NCBI GenBank assembly: GCA_964016885.1
Contig: OZ024743.1
Location: 51,212,001 to 51,276,000 of the forward strand
Length of the DNA stretch: 64,000 nucleotides
Direction: 5' to 3'
DNA from: Eledone cirrhosa
Taxonomy: Eukaryota
Under the pieces are notes generated by a model. The model saw only the letters and a list, made by a program, of their open reading frames with translations, was not told the origin of the DNA and ran no database searches. This document shows positions 1 to 14,100 of the stretch, piece by piece. Within the stretch, counting starts at the first letter, position 1. Each line of letters begins with the position of its first letter. Both the position numbers and the translations under genes were made by a program.

Positions 1-55
1 CCGTCTAACCTATGCTAGCATGGAAGATAGACGTTAAATGATGATGATGATGATG
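1..55 (+). mobile_element. 3' end of RTE-clade LINE with (GAT)n tail
   Basis: ccgtctaacctatgctagcatggaagatagacgttaaatgatgatgatg; the same terminus recurs at about 53253-53310, 53509-53568, 54999-55042 and, reversed, at 48682, 55671 and 60816. Confidence 0.75.
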
Positions 56-59
56 TTCA

Positions 60-1345
60 AAGAGAAAAAGTTCCATTAATTTCATATTACCATTCTGGCT
101 GTTTTTTTCCCATTCCCTCTTAACATTGACCTGCATTAACCTGTTTTGCTCAAAAGTTTTCACACCGTCCCATATTTTTGAATGGTAGGTAGAGTGATCC
201 ACTCAAGACTTTCCAGGTTTCTTTTTTTCTTTTAATCAATTCTTACATTCTACTCCTTGAACCTTTTCTTCAGCTTACACTGATTGGTTTTTTTTACCTA
301 AACAAGTTCCCCATAAAACAATTACTTAGGGGTATGCTCATCAGCCATGTAGACAATATGTCTAGACAACTGCAGTTCATTTTTTCAAAAATATTGTCTG
401 GATGGATGAAATACCAGGAGCTGCTAGAACATCAGAGTTGGGAGTAAATGGATTCTATTTTATTTTCAGAGTACAGCAAACCATTTTTGATGGAATTATT
501 TCAGGAGTCTGATGTAATATTTGTAAGATGTCCAATTTTCAGAAGAAAAGATAATACAAAGGATTCATAAACAGATATTTTTGTTTCATTGCTGAAAGTC
601 TTTGTGGCCAAACCCAACTACCAAAAGGTTTTACTGTCTTTTGAATTCCTAAAGATATTTCTAAATCCAATGTCCCATCTTTATTCACTGCACTCCCCAA
701 AATTCGACCTTCCACATATATTTTATGTTGCTGAACAAGTTGACTAGTTGTGGGTTGACACATAACTACCATTTTCTTTAAATTTATAGTCAAACCAAAG
801 ATATCACATAAGGAATGAAATGCAGAAATCAACAAGGTGACTTGCATAAACTAAGTCACTGTAGCATAAATGTAGGTCACAGTTACATAAGTAGGTCTCT
901 TATTAGTGAGGTGAATACTTTGTTCTTTCATCCTTGCTAAATTAAACACATTTCCTGTGGTATGATGTCTTACATATGTCCCCTTCATAGTTGGTTTGGA
1001 AAGCATGGCAACAAATTATATTGCAGAGAGAGTAGGTGCAAAAGTCTCAGAGAGTGTGCCTCCAAAGTTACCTCTGACTTTCATGTCTTTATGAAAAGCT
1101 TTCAATATATCTAGAAACTTGTGAGGGCATCCAAATTTAGACAAAACCAGCCACAAGGCTATTAACAGTATGAAATGCTTTACCAACAAAACAATGGTAG
1201 AGAGGAAGGTTCTGTTCAATTCCTTTTTCTTTGTCTGATTGTGAAGATAAATAACAATATGCTATAGATTTCAGTCAACCCTATAAGTGAGAGATTACTG
1301 ACAGTACAGTTCTGTTAAGGAGACCCCCAGCAATCAGAGATCTGC
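60..1345 (-). mobile_element. Degenerate non-LTR retrotransposon reverse transcriptase fragment (RTE-like)
   Basis: Broken minus-strand frames give EKGIEQNLP, ALWLVLSKFGCPHKFLDILKAFHKDMK, FGLTINLKKMVVM and LGSAVNKDGTLDLEISLGIQK, in LINE RT order with stops and frameshifts. Confidence 0.8.
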
Positions 1346-1429
1346 TATTATATACAATAAAATAATGATATACAATATATATAAAATATAGTAAAGTAAA
1401 GGATAAAAAAATATATATTTACAATTTTT

Positions 1430-1987
1430 CATGTAGCACAACAAAAAGTAACCAGTCCACCCTGTAGAGTGGTTGTTCTGGTAACACAACAAAAAGTACC
1501 CAGTCCACCCTGTAGAATGATTGTTCTGATACCATGACAAAAAGTACACAGTCCACCCTGTAGAGTGGTTCTTCTGGTAACACAACAAAAAGTACCCAGT
1601 CCACTCTGTAGAATGATTGTTCTGATACCATGACAAAAAGTACCCAGTCCACCCTGTAGAGTGGTTCTTCTGGTAACACAACAAAAAGTACCCAGTCCAC
1701 CTTATAGAGCAGTCATTTTGGTTCTATGACAAAAAGCACCCAGTCTGCACCATAAAGTGGTCGTGTTGATGTCACGATAAAAAACACCCAGTCTGCACTG
1801 TAGAGCAGGGCAGTCATGTTGGTGTCACGATAAAAAGCACCCAGTCTGCACCGTAGAGCAGTCGTGTTGGTGTCATGATGAAAAACATCCAGTCCACACT
1901 GTAGAACAGTCGTGTTGGTGTCATGATAAAAAATATCCAGTCTGTACTGTAGAACAGTCGAGTTGATGTCACGATAGAAAACATCCA
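1430..1987 (+). repeat. 48-bp minisatellite, about 12 units, derived from a LINE 3' UTR motif
   Basis: Unit cacaacaaaaagtacccagtccaccctgtagagtggttcttctggtaa starts at 1437, 1485, 1533, 1581, 1629, 1677 and onward; related motif at 53095-53190 and reversed at 61215-61380. Confidence 0.9.
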
Positions 1988-2108
1988 TTTTAAACTTAAA
2001 TGTTTGATGTTCTGAACTGAAACATTATTGCTATATATTTTACATATATTGATTAAATCTAAAATTAGCAGATTTCAATATTTCTAATTTGTCTAAATTA
2101 AGTTGTTT

Positions 2109-5100
2109 GGCCTGTCATATCATACCTGTCTTTCTGTTAAACACCACTCGTTAAGGCCTGTCATATCATACCTGTCTTTCTGTTAAACATCACTTGTTAA
2201 CGCCTGTCATATCATACCTGTCTTTCTGTTAAACACCACTCGTTAACGCCTGTCATATCATACCTGTCTTTCTGTTAAACACCACTCGTTAAGGCCTGTC
2301 ATATCATACCTATCTTTCTGTTAAACACCACTCGTTAAGGCCTGTCATATCATACCTATCTTTCTGTTAAACACCACTCGTTAAGGCCTGTCATATCATA
2401 CCTGTCTTTCTGTTAAACACCACTCGTTAAGGCCTGTCATATCATACCTGTCTTTCTGTTAAACATCACTCGTTAAGGCCTGTCATATCATACCTGTCTT
2501 TCTGGTAAACACCTCTCGTTAAGGCCTGTCATATCATACCAGTCTTTCTGTTAAACACCACTCATTAAGGCTTGTCATATCATACCTGTCGTTCTGTTAA
2601 ACACCACTCGTTAAGGCCTGTCATATCATACCTGTCTTTCTGTTAAACACCACTTGTTAACGCCTGTCATATCATACCTGTCTTTCTGTTAAACACCACT
2701 TGTTAACGCCTGTCATATCATACCTGTCTTTCTGTTAAACACCACTTGTTAACGCCTGTCATATCATACCTGTCTTTCTGTTAAACACCACTTGTTAACG
2801 CCTGTCATATCATACCTGTCTTTCTGTTAAACATCACTCGTTAACGCCTGTCATATCATATCTGTCTTTCTGTTAAACACCACTTGTTAACGCCTGTCAT
2901 ATCATACCTGTCTTTCTGTTAAACACCACTCATTAATGCCTGTCATATCATACCTGTCATTCTGTTAAACACCACTCGTTAATGCCTGTCATATCATACC
3001 TGTCTTTCTGTTAAACACCACTCATTAATGCCTGTCATATCATACCTGTCATTCTGTTAAACACCACTCATTAATGCCTGTCATATCATACCTGTCTTTC
3101 TGTTAAACACCACTTGTTAACGCCTGTCATATCATACCTGTCATTCTGTTAAACACCTCTCGTTAAGGCCTGTCATATCATACCTGTCTTTCTGTTAAAC
3201 ACCACTTGTTAAGGCCTGTCATATCATACCTGTCTTTCTGTTAAACATCACTCGTTAAGGCCTGTCATATCATACCTGTCGTTCTGTTAAACACCACTCG
3301 TTAAGGCCTGTCATATCATACCTGTCTTTCTGTTAAACACCACTCGTTAACGCCTGTCATATCATACCTGTCTTTCTGTTAAACACCACTCATTAATGCC
3401 TGTCATATCATACCTGTCATTCTGTTAAACACCACTCGTTAAGGCCTGTCATATCATACCTGTCTTTCTGTTAAGCACCACTCATTAATGCCTGTCATAT
3501 CATACCTTTCTTTCTGTTAAACACCACTCGTTAAGGCCTGTGATATCATACCTGTCGTTCTGTTAAACACCACTCGTTAAGGCCTGTCATATCATACCTG
3601 TCTTTCTGTTAAACATCACTCGTTAAGGCCTGTCATATCATACCTGTCTTTCTGTTAAACACCACTCGTTAAGGCCTGTCATATCATACCTATCTTTCTG
3701 TTAAACACCACTCGTTAAGGCCTGTCATATCATACCTGTCTTTCTGTTAAACACCACTCGTTAAGGCCTGTCATATCATACCTGTCGTTCTGTTAAACAC
3801 CACTCGTTAAGGCCTGTCATATCATACCTGTCTTTCTGTTAAACACCACTCGTTAAGGCCTGTCATATCATACCTGTCGTTCTGTTAAACTCCACTCGTT
3901 AAGGCCTGTCATATCATACCTATCTTTCTGTTAAACACCACTCGTTAAGGCCTGTCATATCATACCTATCTTTCTGTTAAACACCACTCGTTAAGGCCTG
4001 TGATATCATACCTGTCGTTCTGTTAAACACCACTCGTTAAGGCCTGTCATATCATACCTGTCTTTCTGTTAAACATCACTCGTTAAGGCCTGTCATATCA
4101 TACCTGTCTTTCTGTTAAACACCACTCGTTAAGGCCTGTCATATCATACCTGTCTTTCTGTTAAACACCACTCGTTAAGGCCTGTCATATCATACCTATC
4201 TTTCTGTTAAACACCACTCGTTAAGGCCTGTCATATCATACCTATCTTTCTGTTAAACACCACTCGTTAAGGCCTGTCATATCATACCTATCTTTCTGTT
4301 AAACACCACTCGTTAAGGCCTGTCATATCATACCTATCTTTCTGTTAAACACCACTCGTTAAGGCCTGTCATATCATACCTATCTTTCTGTTAAACACCA
4401 CTCGTTAAGGCCTGTCATATCATACCTATCTTTCTGTTAAACACCACTCGTTAAGGCCTGTCATATCATACCTATCTTTCTGTTAAACACCACTCGTTAA
4501 GGCCTGTCATATCATACCTGTCTTTCTGTTAAACACCACTCGTTAAGGCCTGTCATATCATACCTGTCTTTCTGTTAAACATCACTCGTTAAGGCCTGTC
4601 ATATCATACCTGTCTTTCTGTTAAACACCTCTCGTTAAGGCCTGTCATATCATACCTTTCTTTCTGTTAAACACCACTCGTTAAGGCCTGTCATATCATA
4701 CCTGTCTTTCTGTTAAACACCTCTCGTTAACGCCTGTCATATCATACCTGTCTTTCTGTTAAACACCACTCGTTAAGGCCTGTCATATCATACCTGTCTT
4801 TCTGTTAAACATCACTCGTTAAGGCCTGTCATATCATACCTGTCTTTCTGTTAAACACCACTCGTTAAGGCCTGTCATATCATACCTGTCTTTCTGTTGA
4901 ACACCACTCGTTAAGGCCTGTCATATCATACCTGTCTTTCTGTTGAACACCACTCGTTAAGGCCTGTCATATCATACCTATCTTTCTGTTAAACACCACT
5001 CGTTAAGGCCTGTCATATCATACCTGTCTTTCTGTTGAACACCACTCGTTAAGGCCTGTCATATCATACATGTCTTTCTGTTAAACATCACTCGTTAAGG

Positions 5101-8100
5101 CCTGTCATATCATACCTGTCTTTCTGTTAAACACCTCTCGTTAAGGCCTGTCATATCATACCAGTCTTTCTGTTAAACACCACTCATTAAGGCTTGTCAT
5201 ATCATACCTGTCTTTCTGTTAAACATCACTCGTTAAGGCCTGTCATATCATACCTGTCTTTCTGTTAAACACCACTCATTAAGGCTTGTCATATCATACC
5301 TGTCTTTCTGTTAAACATCACTCGTTAAGGCCTGTCATATCATACCTATCTTTCTGTTAAACACCACTCGTTAAGGCCTGTCATATCATACCTGTCTTTC
5401 TGTTAAACACCACTCGTTAATGCCTGTCATATCATACCTGTCTTTCTGTTAAACACCACTCATTAAGGCTTGTCATATCATACCTGTCTTTCTGTTAAAC
5501 ACCACTCGTTAATGCCTGTCATATCATACCTGTCTTTTCGTTAAACACCACTCATTAAGGCCTGTCATATCATACCTATCTTTCTGTTAAACACCACTCG
5601 TTAAGGCCTGTCATATCATACCTGTCTTTCTGTTAAACACCACTCATTAAGGCCTGTCATATCATACCTGTCTTTCTGTTAAACACCACTCGTTAAGGCC
5701 TGTCATATCATACCTGTCTTTCTGTTAAACACCACTCGTTAAGGCCTGTCATATCATATCTGTCTTTCTGTTAAACACCACTCGTTAAGGCCTGTCATAT
5801 CATACCTGTCTTTCTGTTAAACACCACTCGTTAAGGCCTGTCATATCATATCTGTCTTTCTGTTAAACACCACTCATTAAGGCCTGTCATATCATACCTG
5901 TCTTTCTGTTAAACACCACTCATTAAGGCCTGTCATATCATACCTGTCTTTCTGTTAAACACCACTCATTAAGGCCTGTCATATCATACCTGTCTTTCTG
6001 TTAAACACCACTCATTAAGGCCTGTCATATCATACCTGTCTTTCTGTTAAACACCACTCGTTAAGGCCTGTCATATCATATCTGTCTTTCTGTTAAACAT
6101 CACTCGTTAAGGCCTGTCATATCATATCTGTCTTTCTGTTAAACACCACTCATTAAGGCCTGTCATATCATACCTGTCTTTCTGTTAAACACCACTCATT
6201 AAGGCCTGTCATATCATACCTGTCTTTCTGTTAAACACCTCTCGTTAATGCCTGTCATATCATACCTGTCTTTCTGTTAAACACCACTCGTTAAGGCCTG
6301 TCATATCATACCTGTCTTTCTGTTAAACACCTCTCGTTAATGCCTGTCATATCATACCTGTCTTTCTGTTAAACACCACTCGTTAAGGCCTGTCATATCA
6401 TACCTATCTTTCTGTTAAACACCACTCGTTAAGGCCTGTCATATCATACCTGTCTTTCTGTTAAACACCACTCGTTAAGGCGTGTCATATCATACCTGTC
6501 TTTCTGTTAAACACCACTCGTTAAGGCCTGTCATATCATACCTGTCTTTCTGTTAAACACCACTCGTTAAGGCCTGTCATATCATACCTGTCTTTCTGTT
6601 AAACACCACTCGTTAAGGCCTGTCATATCATACCTGTCTTTCTGTTAAACACCACTTGTTAACGCCTGTCATATCATACCTGTCTTTCTGTTAAACACCT
6701 CTCGTTAAGGCCTGTCATATCATACCTGTCTTTCTGTTAAACACCACTTGTTAACGCCTGTCATATCATACCTGTCTTTCTGTTAAACACCACTCGTTAA
6801 GGCCTGTCATATCATACCTGTCTTTCTGTTAAACACCACTCGTTAAGGCCTGTCATATCATACCTGTCTTTCTGTTAAACACCACTCGTTAAGGCCTGTC
6901 ATATCATACCTGTCTTTCTGTTAAACACCACTTGTTAACGCCTGTCATATCATACCTGTCTTTCTGTTAAACACCACTTGTTAACGCCTGTCATATCATA
7001 CCTGTCTTTCTGTTAAACACCACTTGTTAACGCCTGTCATATCATATCTGTCTTTCTGTTAAACACCACTCGTTAAGGCCTGTCATATCATACCTGTCTT
7101 TCTGTTAAACACCACTCGTTAAGGCCTGTCATATCATACCTGTCTTTCTGTTAAACACCACTTGTTAACGCCTGTCATATCATACCTGTCTTTCTGTTAA
7201 ACACCTCTCGTTAAGGCCTGTCATATCATACCTGTCTTTCTGTTAAACACCACTCGTTAAGGCCTGTCATATCATACCTGTCTTTCTGTTAAACACCACT
7301 TGTTAACGCCTGTCATATCATACCTGTCTTTCTGTTAAACACCACTTGTTAACGCCTGTCATATCATACCTGTCTTTCTGTTAAACACCACTCGTTAAGG
7401 CCTGTCATATCATACCTGTCTTTCTGTTAAACACCACTCGTTAAGGCCTGTCATATCATACCTGTCTTTCTGTTAAACACCACTTGTTAACGCCTGTCAT
7501 ATCATACCTGTCTTTCTGTTAAGCACCACTCATTAATGCCTGTCATATCATACCTTTCTTTCTGTTAAACACCACTCGTTAAGGCCTGTGATATCATACC
7601 TGTCGTTCTGTTAAACACCACTCGTTAAGGCCTGTCTTATCATACCTGTCGTTCTGTTAAACACCACTCGTTAAGGCCTGTCATATCATACCTGTCTTTC
7701 TGTTAAACATCACTCGTTAAGGCCTGTCATATCATACCTGTCTTTCTGTTAAACACCACTCGTTAAGGCCTGTCATATCATACCTATCTTTCTGTTAAAC
7801 ACCACTCGTTAAGGCCTGTCATATCATACCTGTCTTTCTGTTAAACACCACTCGTTAAGGCCTGTCATATCATACCTGTCGTTCTGTTAAACACCACTCG
7901 TTAAGGCCTGTCATATCATACCTGTCTTTCTGTTAAACACCACTCGTTAAGGCCTGTCATATCATACCTGTCGTTCTGTTAAACACCACTCGTTAAGGCC
8001 TGTCATATCATACCTATCTTTCTGTTAAACACCACTCGTTAAGGCCTGTCATATCATACCTATCTTTCTGTTAAACACCACTCGTTAAGGCCTGTGATAT

Positions 8101-11100
8101 CATACCTGTCGTTCTGTTAAACACCACTCGTTAAGGCCTGTCATATCATACCTGTCTTTCTGTTAAACATCACTCGTTAAGGCCTGTCATATCATACCTG
8201 TCTTTCTGTTAAACACCACTCGTTAAGGCCTGTCATATCATACCTGTCTTTCTGTTAAACACCACTCGTTAAGGCCTGTCATATCATACCTATCTTTCTG
8301 TTAAACACCACTCGTTAAGGCCTGTCATATCATACCTATCTTTCTGTTAAACACCACTCGTTAAGGCCTGTCATATCATACCTATCTTTCTGTTAAACAC
8401 CACTCGTTAAGGCCTGTCATATCATACCTATCTTTCTGTTAAACACCACTCGTTAAGGCCTGTCATATCATACCTATCTTTCTGTTAAACACCACTCGTT
8501 AAGGCCTGTCATATCATACCTATCTTTCTGTTAAACACCACTCGTTAAGGCCTGTCATATCATACCTATCTTTCTGTTAAACACCACTCGTTAAGGCCTG
8601 TCATATCATACCTGTCTTTCTGTTAAACACCACTCGTTAAGGCCTGTCATATCATACCTGTCTTTCTGTTAAACATCACTCGTTAAGGCCTGTCATATCA
8701 TACCTGTCTTTCTGTTAAACACCTCTCGTTAAGGCCTGTCATATCATACCTTTCTTTCTGTTAAACACCACTCGTTAAGGCCTGTCATATCATACCTGTC
8801 TTTCTGTTAAACACCTCTCGTTAACGCCTGTCATATCATACCTGTCTTTCTGTTGAACACCACTCGTTAAGGCCTGTCATATCATACCTATCTTTCTGTT
8901 AAACACCACTCGTTAAGGCCTGTCATATCATACCTGTCTTTCTGTTGAACACCACTCATTAAGGCCTGTCATATCATACCTGTCTTTCTGTTAAACATCA
9001 CTCGTTAAGGCCTGTCATATCATACCTGTCTTTCTGTTAAACACCTCTCGTTAAGGCCTGTCATATCATACCAGTCTTTCTGTTAAACACCACTCATTAA
9101 GGCTTGTCATATCATACCTGTCGTTCTGTTAAACACCACTCATTAAGGCTTGTCATATCATACCTGTCTTTCTGTTAAACATCACTCGTTAAGGCCTGTC
9201 ATATCATACCTGTCTTTCTGTTGAACACCACTCGTTAAGGCCTGTCATATCATACCTGTCTTTCTGTTAAACACCACTCATTAAGGCTTGTCATATCATA
9301 CCTGTCTTTCTGTTAAACACCACTCGTTAATGCCTGTCATATCATACCTGTCTTTCTGTTAAACACCACTCATTAAGGCTTGTCATATCATACCTGTCTT
9401 TCTGTTAAACACCACTCGTTAATGCCTGTCATATCATACCTGTCTTTCTGTTAAACACCACTCATTAAGGCCTGTCATATCATACCTATCTTTCTGTTAA
9501 ACACCACTCGTTAAGGCCTGTCATATCATACCTGTCTTTCTGTTAAACACCACTCATTAAGGCCTGTCATATCATACCTGTCTTTCTGTTAAACACCACT
9601 CGTTAAGGCCTGTCATATCATACCTGTCTTTCTGTTAAACACCACTCGTTAAGGCCTGTCATATCATATCTGTCTTTCTGTTAAACACCACTCGTTAAGG
9701 CCTGTCATATCATACCTGTCTTTCTGTTAAACACCACTCGTTAAGGCCTGTCATATCATACCTGTCTTTCTGTTAAACACCACTCATTAAGGCCTGTCAT
9801 ATCATACCTGTCTTTCTGTTAAACACCACTCATTAAGGCCTGTCATATCATACCTGTCTTTCTGTTAAACACCACTCATTAAGGCCTGTCATATCATACC
9901 TGTCTTTCTGTTAAACACCACTCATTAAGGCCTGTCATATCATACCTGTTTTTCTGTTAAACACCACTCGTTAAGGCCTGTCATATCATATCTGTCTTTC
10001 TGTTAAACATCACTCGTTAAGGCCTGTCATATCATATCTGTCTTTCTGTTAAACACCACTCATTAAGGCCTGTCATATCATACCTGTCTTTCTGTTAAAC
10101 ACCACTCATTAAGGCCTGTCATATCATACCTGTCTTTCTGTTAAACACCTCTCGTTAATGCCTGTCATATCATACCTGTCTTTCTGTTAAACACCACTCG
10201 TTAAGGCCTGTCATATCATACCTGTCTTTCTGTTAAACACCTCTCGTTAATGCCTGTCATATCATACCTGTCTTTCTGTTAAACACCACTCGTTAAGGCC
10301 TGTCATATCATACCTATCTTTCTGTTAAACACCACTCGTTAAGGCCTGTCATATCATACCTGTCTTTCTGTTAAACACCACTCGTTAAGGCCTGTCATAT
10401 CATACCTGTCTTTCTGTTAAACACCACTCGTTAAGGCCTGTCATATCATACCTGTCTTTCTGTTAAACACCACTCGTTAAGGCCTGTCATATCATACCTG
10501 TCTTTCTGTTAAACACCACTCGTTAAGGCCTGTCATATCATACCTGTCTTTCTGTTAAACACCACTTGTTAACGCCTGTCATATCATACCTGTCTTTCTG
10601 TTAAACACCTCTCGTTAAGGCCTGTCATATCATACCTGTCTTTCTGTTAAACACCACTTGTTAACGCCTGTCATATCATACCTGTCTTTCTGTTAAACAC
10701 CACTCGTTAAGGCCTGTCATATCATACCTGTCTTTCTGTTAAACACCACTCGTTAAGGCCTGTCATATCATACCTGTCTTTCTGTTAAACACCACTCGTT
10801 AAGGCCTGTCATATCATACCTGTCTTTCTGTTAAACACCACTTGTTAACGCCTGTCATATCATACCTGTCTTTCTGTTAAACACCACTTGTTAACGCCTG
10901 TCATATCATACCTGTCTTTCTGTTAAACACCACTTGTTAACGCCTGTCATATCATATCTGTCTTTCTGTTAAACACCACTCGTTAAATCCTGTCATATCA
11001 TACCTGTCTTTCTGTTAAACACCACTCGTTAAGGCCTGTCATATCATACCTGTCTTTCTGTTAAACACCACTTGTTAACGCCTGTCATATCATACCTGTC

Positions 11101-14100
11101 TTTCTGTTAAACACCTCTCGTTAAGGCCTGTCATATCATACCTGTCTTTCTGTTAAACACCACTCGTTAAGGCCTGTCATATCATACCTGTCTTTCTGTT
11201 AAACACCACTTGTTAACGCCTGTCATATCATACCTGTCTTTCTGTTAAACACCTCTCGTTAAGGCCTGTCATATCATACCTGTCTTTCTGTTAAACACCA
11301 CTCGTTAAGGCCTGTCATATCATACCTGTCTTTCTGTTAAACACCACTTGTTAACGCCTGTCATATCATACCTGTCTTTCTGTTAAACACCACTCGTTAA
11401 GGCCTGTCATATCATACCTGTCTTTCTGTTAAACACCACTCGTTAAGGCCTGTCATATCATACCTGTCTTTCTGTTAAACACCACTTGTTAACGCCTGTC
11501 ATATCATACCTGTCTTTCTGTTAAACATCTCTCGTTAAGGCCTGTCATATCATACCTGTCTTTCTGTTAAACACCACTCGTTAAGGCCTGTCATATCATA
11601 CCTGTCTTTCTGTTAAACACCACTCGTTAAGGCCTGTCATATCATACCTGTCTTTCTGTTAAACACCACTCGTTAAGGCCTGTCATATCATACCTGTCTT
11701 TCTGTTAAACACCACTCGTTAAGGCCTGTCATATCATACCTGTCTTTCTGTTAAACACCACTCCTTAAGGCCTGTCATATCATACCTGTCTTTCTGTTAA
11801 ACATCACTCGTTAAGGCCTGTCATATCATACCTGTCGTTCTGTTAAACACCACTCGTTAAGGCCTGTCATATCATACCTGTCTTTCTGTTAAACATCACT
11901 CGTTAAGGCCTGTCATATCATACCTGTCTTTCTGTTAAACACCACTCGTTAAGGCCTGTCATATCATACCTATCTTTCTGTTAAACACCACTCGTTAAGG
12001 CCTGTCATATCATACCTATCTTTCTGTTAAACACCACTCGTTAAGGCCTGTCATATCATACCTGTCGATCTGTTAAACACCACTCGTTAAGGCCTGTCAT
12101 ATCATACCTGTCTTTCTGTTAAACACCACTCGTTAAGGCCTGTCATATCATACCTGTCTTTCTGTTAAACACCACTCGTTAAGGCCTGTCATATCATACC
12201 TGTCTTTCTGTTAAACACCACTCGTTAAGGCCTGTCATATCATACCTGTCTTTCTGTTAAACACCACTCGTTAAGGCCTGTCATATCATACCTGTCTTTC
12301 TGTTAAACATTACTCGTTAAGGCCTGTCATATCATACCTGTCTTTCTGTTAAACACCACACATTAATGCCTGTCATATCATACCTGTCATTCTGTTAAAC
12401 ACCACTCGTTAAGGCCTGTCATATCATACCTGTCTTTCTGTTAAACACCACTCATTAATGCCTGTCATATCATACCTGTCTTTCTGTTAAACACCACTCG
12501 TAAAAGCCTGTCATATCATACCTGTCGATCTGTTAAACACCACTCGTTAAGGCCTGTCATATCATACCTGTCTTTCTGTTAAACACCACTCATTAAGGCC
12601 TGTCATATCATACCTGTCTTTCTGTTAAACACCACTCGTTAAAGCCTTTCATATCATACCTGTCTTTCTGTTAAACACCACTCGTTAAGGCCTGTCATAT
12701 CATACCTGTCTTTCTGTTAAACACCACTCGTTAAGGCCTGTCATATCATACCTGTCTTTCTGTTAAACACCACTCGTTAAGGCCTGTCATATCATACCTG
12801 TCTTTCTGTTAAACACCACTCGTTAAGGCCTGTCATATCATACCGGTCTTTCTGTTAAACACCACTCGTTAAGGCCTGTCATATCATACCTGTCTTTCTG
12901 TTAAACACCACTCGTTAAGGCCTGTCATATCATACCTATCTTTCTGTTAAACACCACTCGTTAAGGCCTGTCATATCATACCTGTCTTTCTGTTAAACAC
13001 CACTCGTTAAGGCCTGTCATATCATATCTGTCTTTCTGTTAAACACCACTCGTTAAGGCCTGTCATATCATACCTGTCTTTCTGTTAAACACCACTCGTT
13101 AAGGCCTGTCATATCATATCTGTCTTTCTGTTAAACACCACTCGTTAAGGCCTGTCATATCATACCTGTCTTTCTGTTAAACACAACTCGTTAAGGCCTG
13201 TCATATCATACCTGTCTTTCTGTTAAACACCACTCGTTAAGGCCTGTCATATCATACCTATCTTTCTGTTAAACACCACTCGTTAAGGCCTGTCATATCA
13301 TACCTATCTTTCTGTTAAACACCACTCGTTAAGGCCTGTCATATCATACCTATCTTTCTGTTAAACACCACTCGTTAAGGCCTGTCATATCATACCTGTC
13401 TTTCTGTTAAACACCACTCGTTAAGGCCTGTCATATCATACCTATCTTTCTGTTAAACACAACTCGTTAAGGCCTGTCATATCATACCAGTCTTTCTGTT
13501 AAACACAACTCGTTAAGGCCTGTCATATCATACCTGTCTTTCTGTTAAACACCACTCGTTAAGGCCTGTCATATCATACCTGTCTTTCTGTTAAACATCA
13601 CTCGTTAAGGCCTGTCATATCATACCTGTCTTTCTGTTAAACATCACTCGTTAAGGCCTGTCATATCATACCTGTCTTTCTGTTAAACACCACTCGTTAA
13701 GGCCTGTCATATCATACCTGTCTTTCTGTTAAACATCACTCGTTAAGGCCTGTCATATCATACCTGTCTTTCTGTTAAACACCACTCGTTAAGGCCTGTC
13801 ATGTCATACCTGTCTTTCTGTTAAACACCACTCGTTAAGGCCTGTCATATCATACCTTTCTTTCTGTTAAACACCACTCGTAAAGGCCTGTTAAATCATA
13901 CCTGTCTTTCTGTTAAACACCACTCGTTAAGGCCTGTCATATCATACCTGTCTTTCTGTTAAACACCACTCATTAAGGCCTGTCATATCATACCTGTCTT
14001 TCTGTTAAACACCACTCGTTAAGGCCTGTCATATCATACCTATCTTTCTGTTAAACACCACTCGTTAAGGCCTGTCATATCATACCTATCTTTCTGTTAA

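Noticed and set aside
5-202. ORF with a His6 run
   Set aside because: The histidines are the antisense reading of the LINE (GAT)n tail.
1334-1988. Three repetitive ORFs
   Set aside because: By-products of the 48-bp (in-frame) minisatellite; several frames are open and there is no gene structure.
2109-2154. Hammerhead ribozyme within the satellite monomer
   Set aside because: The minus strand has TTAACGA...GAAAG but lacks CTGANGA, a cleavage triplet in register and the required stems.
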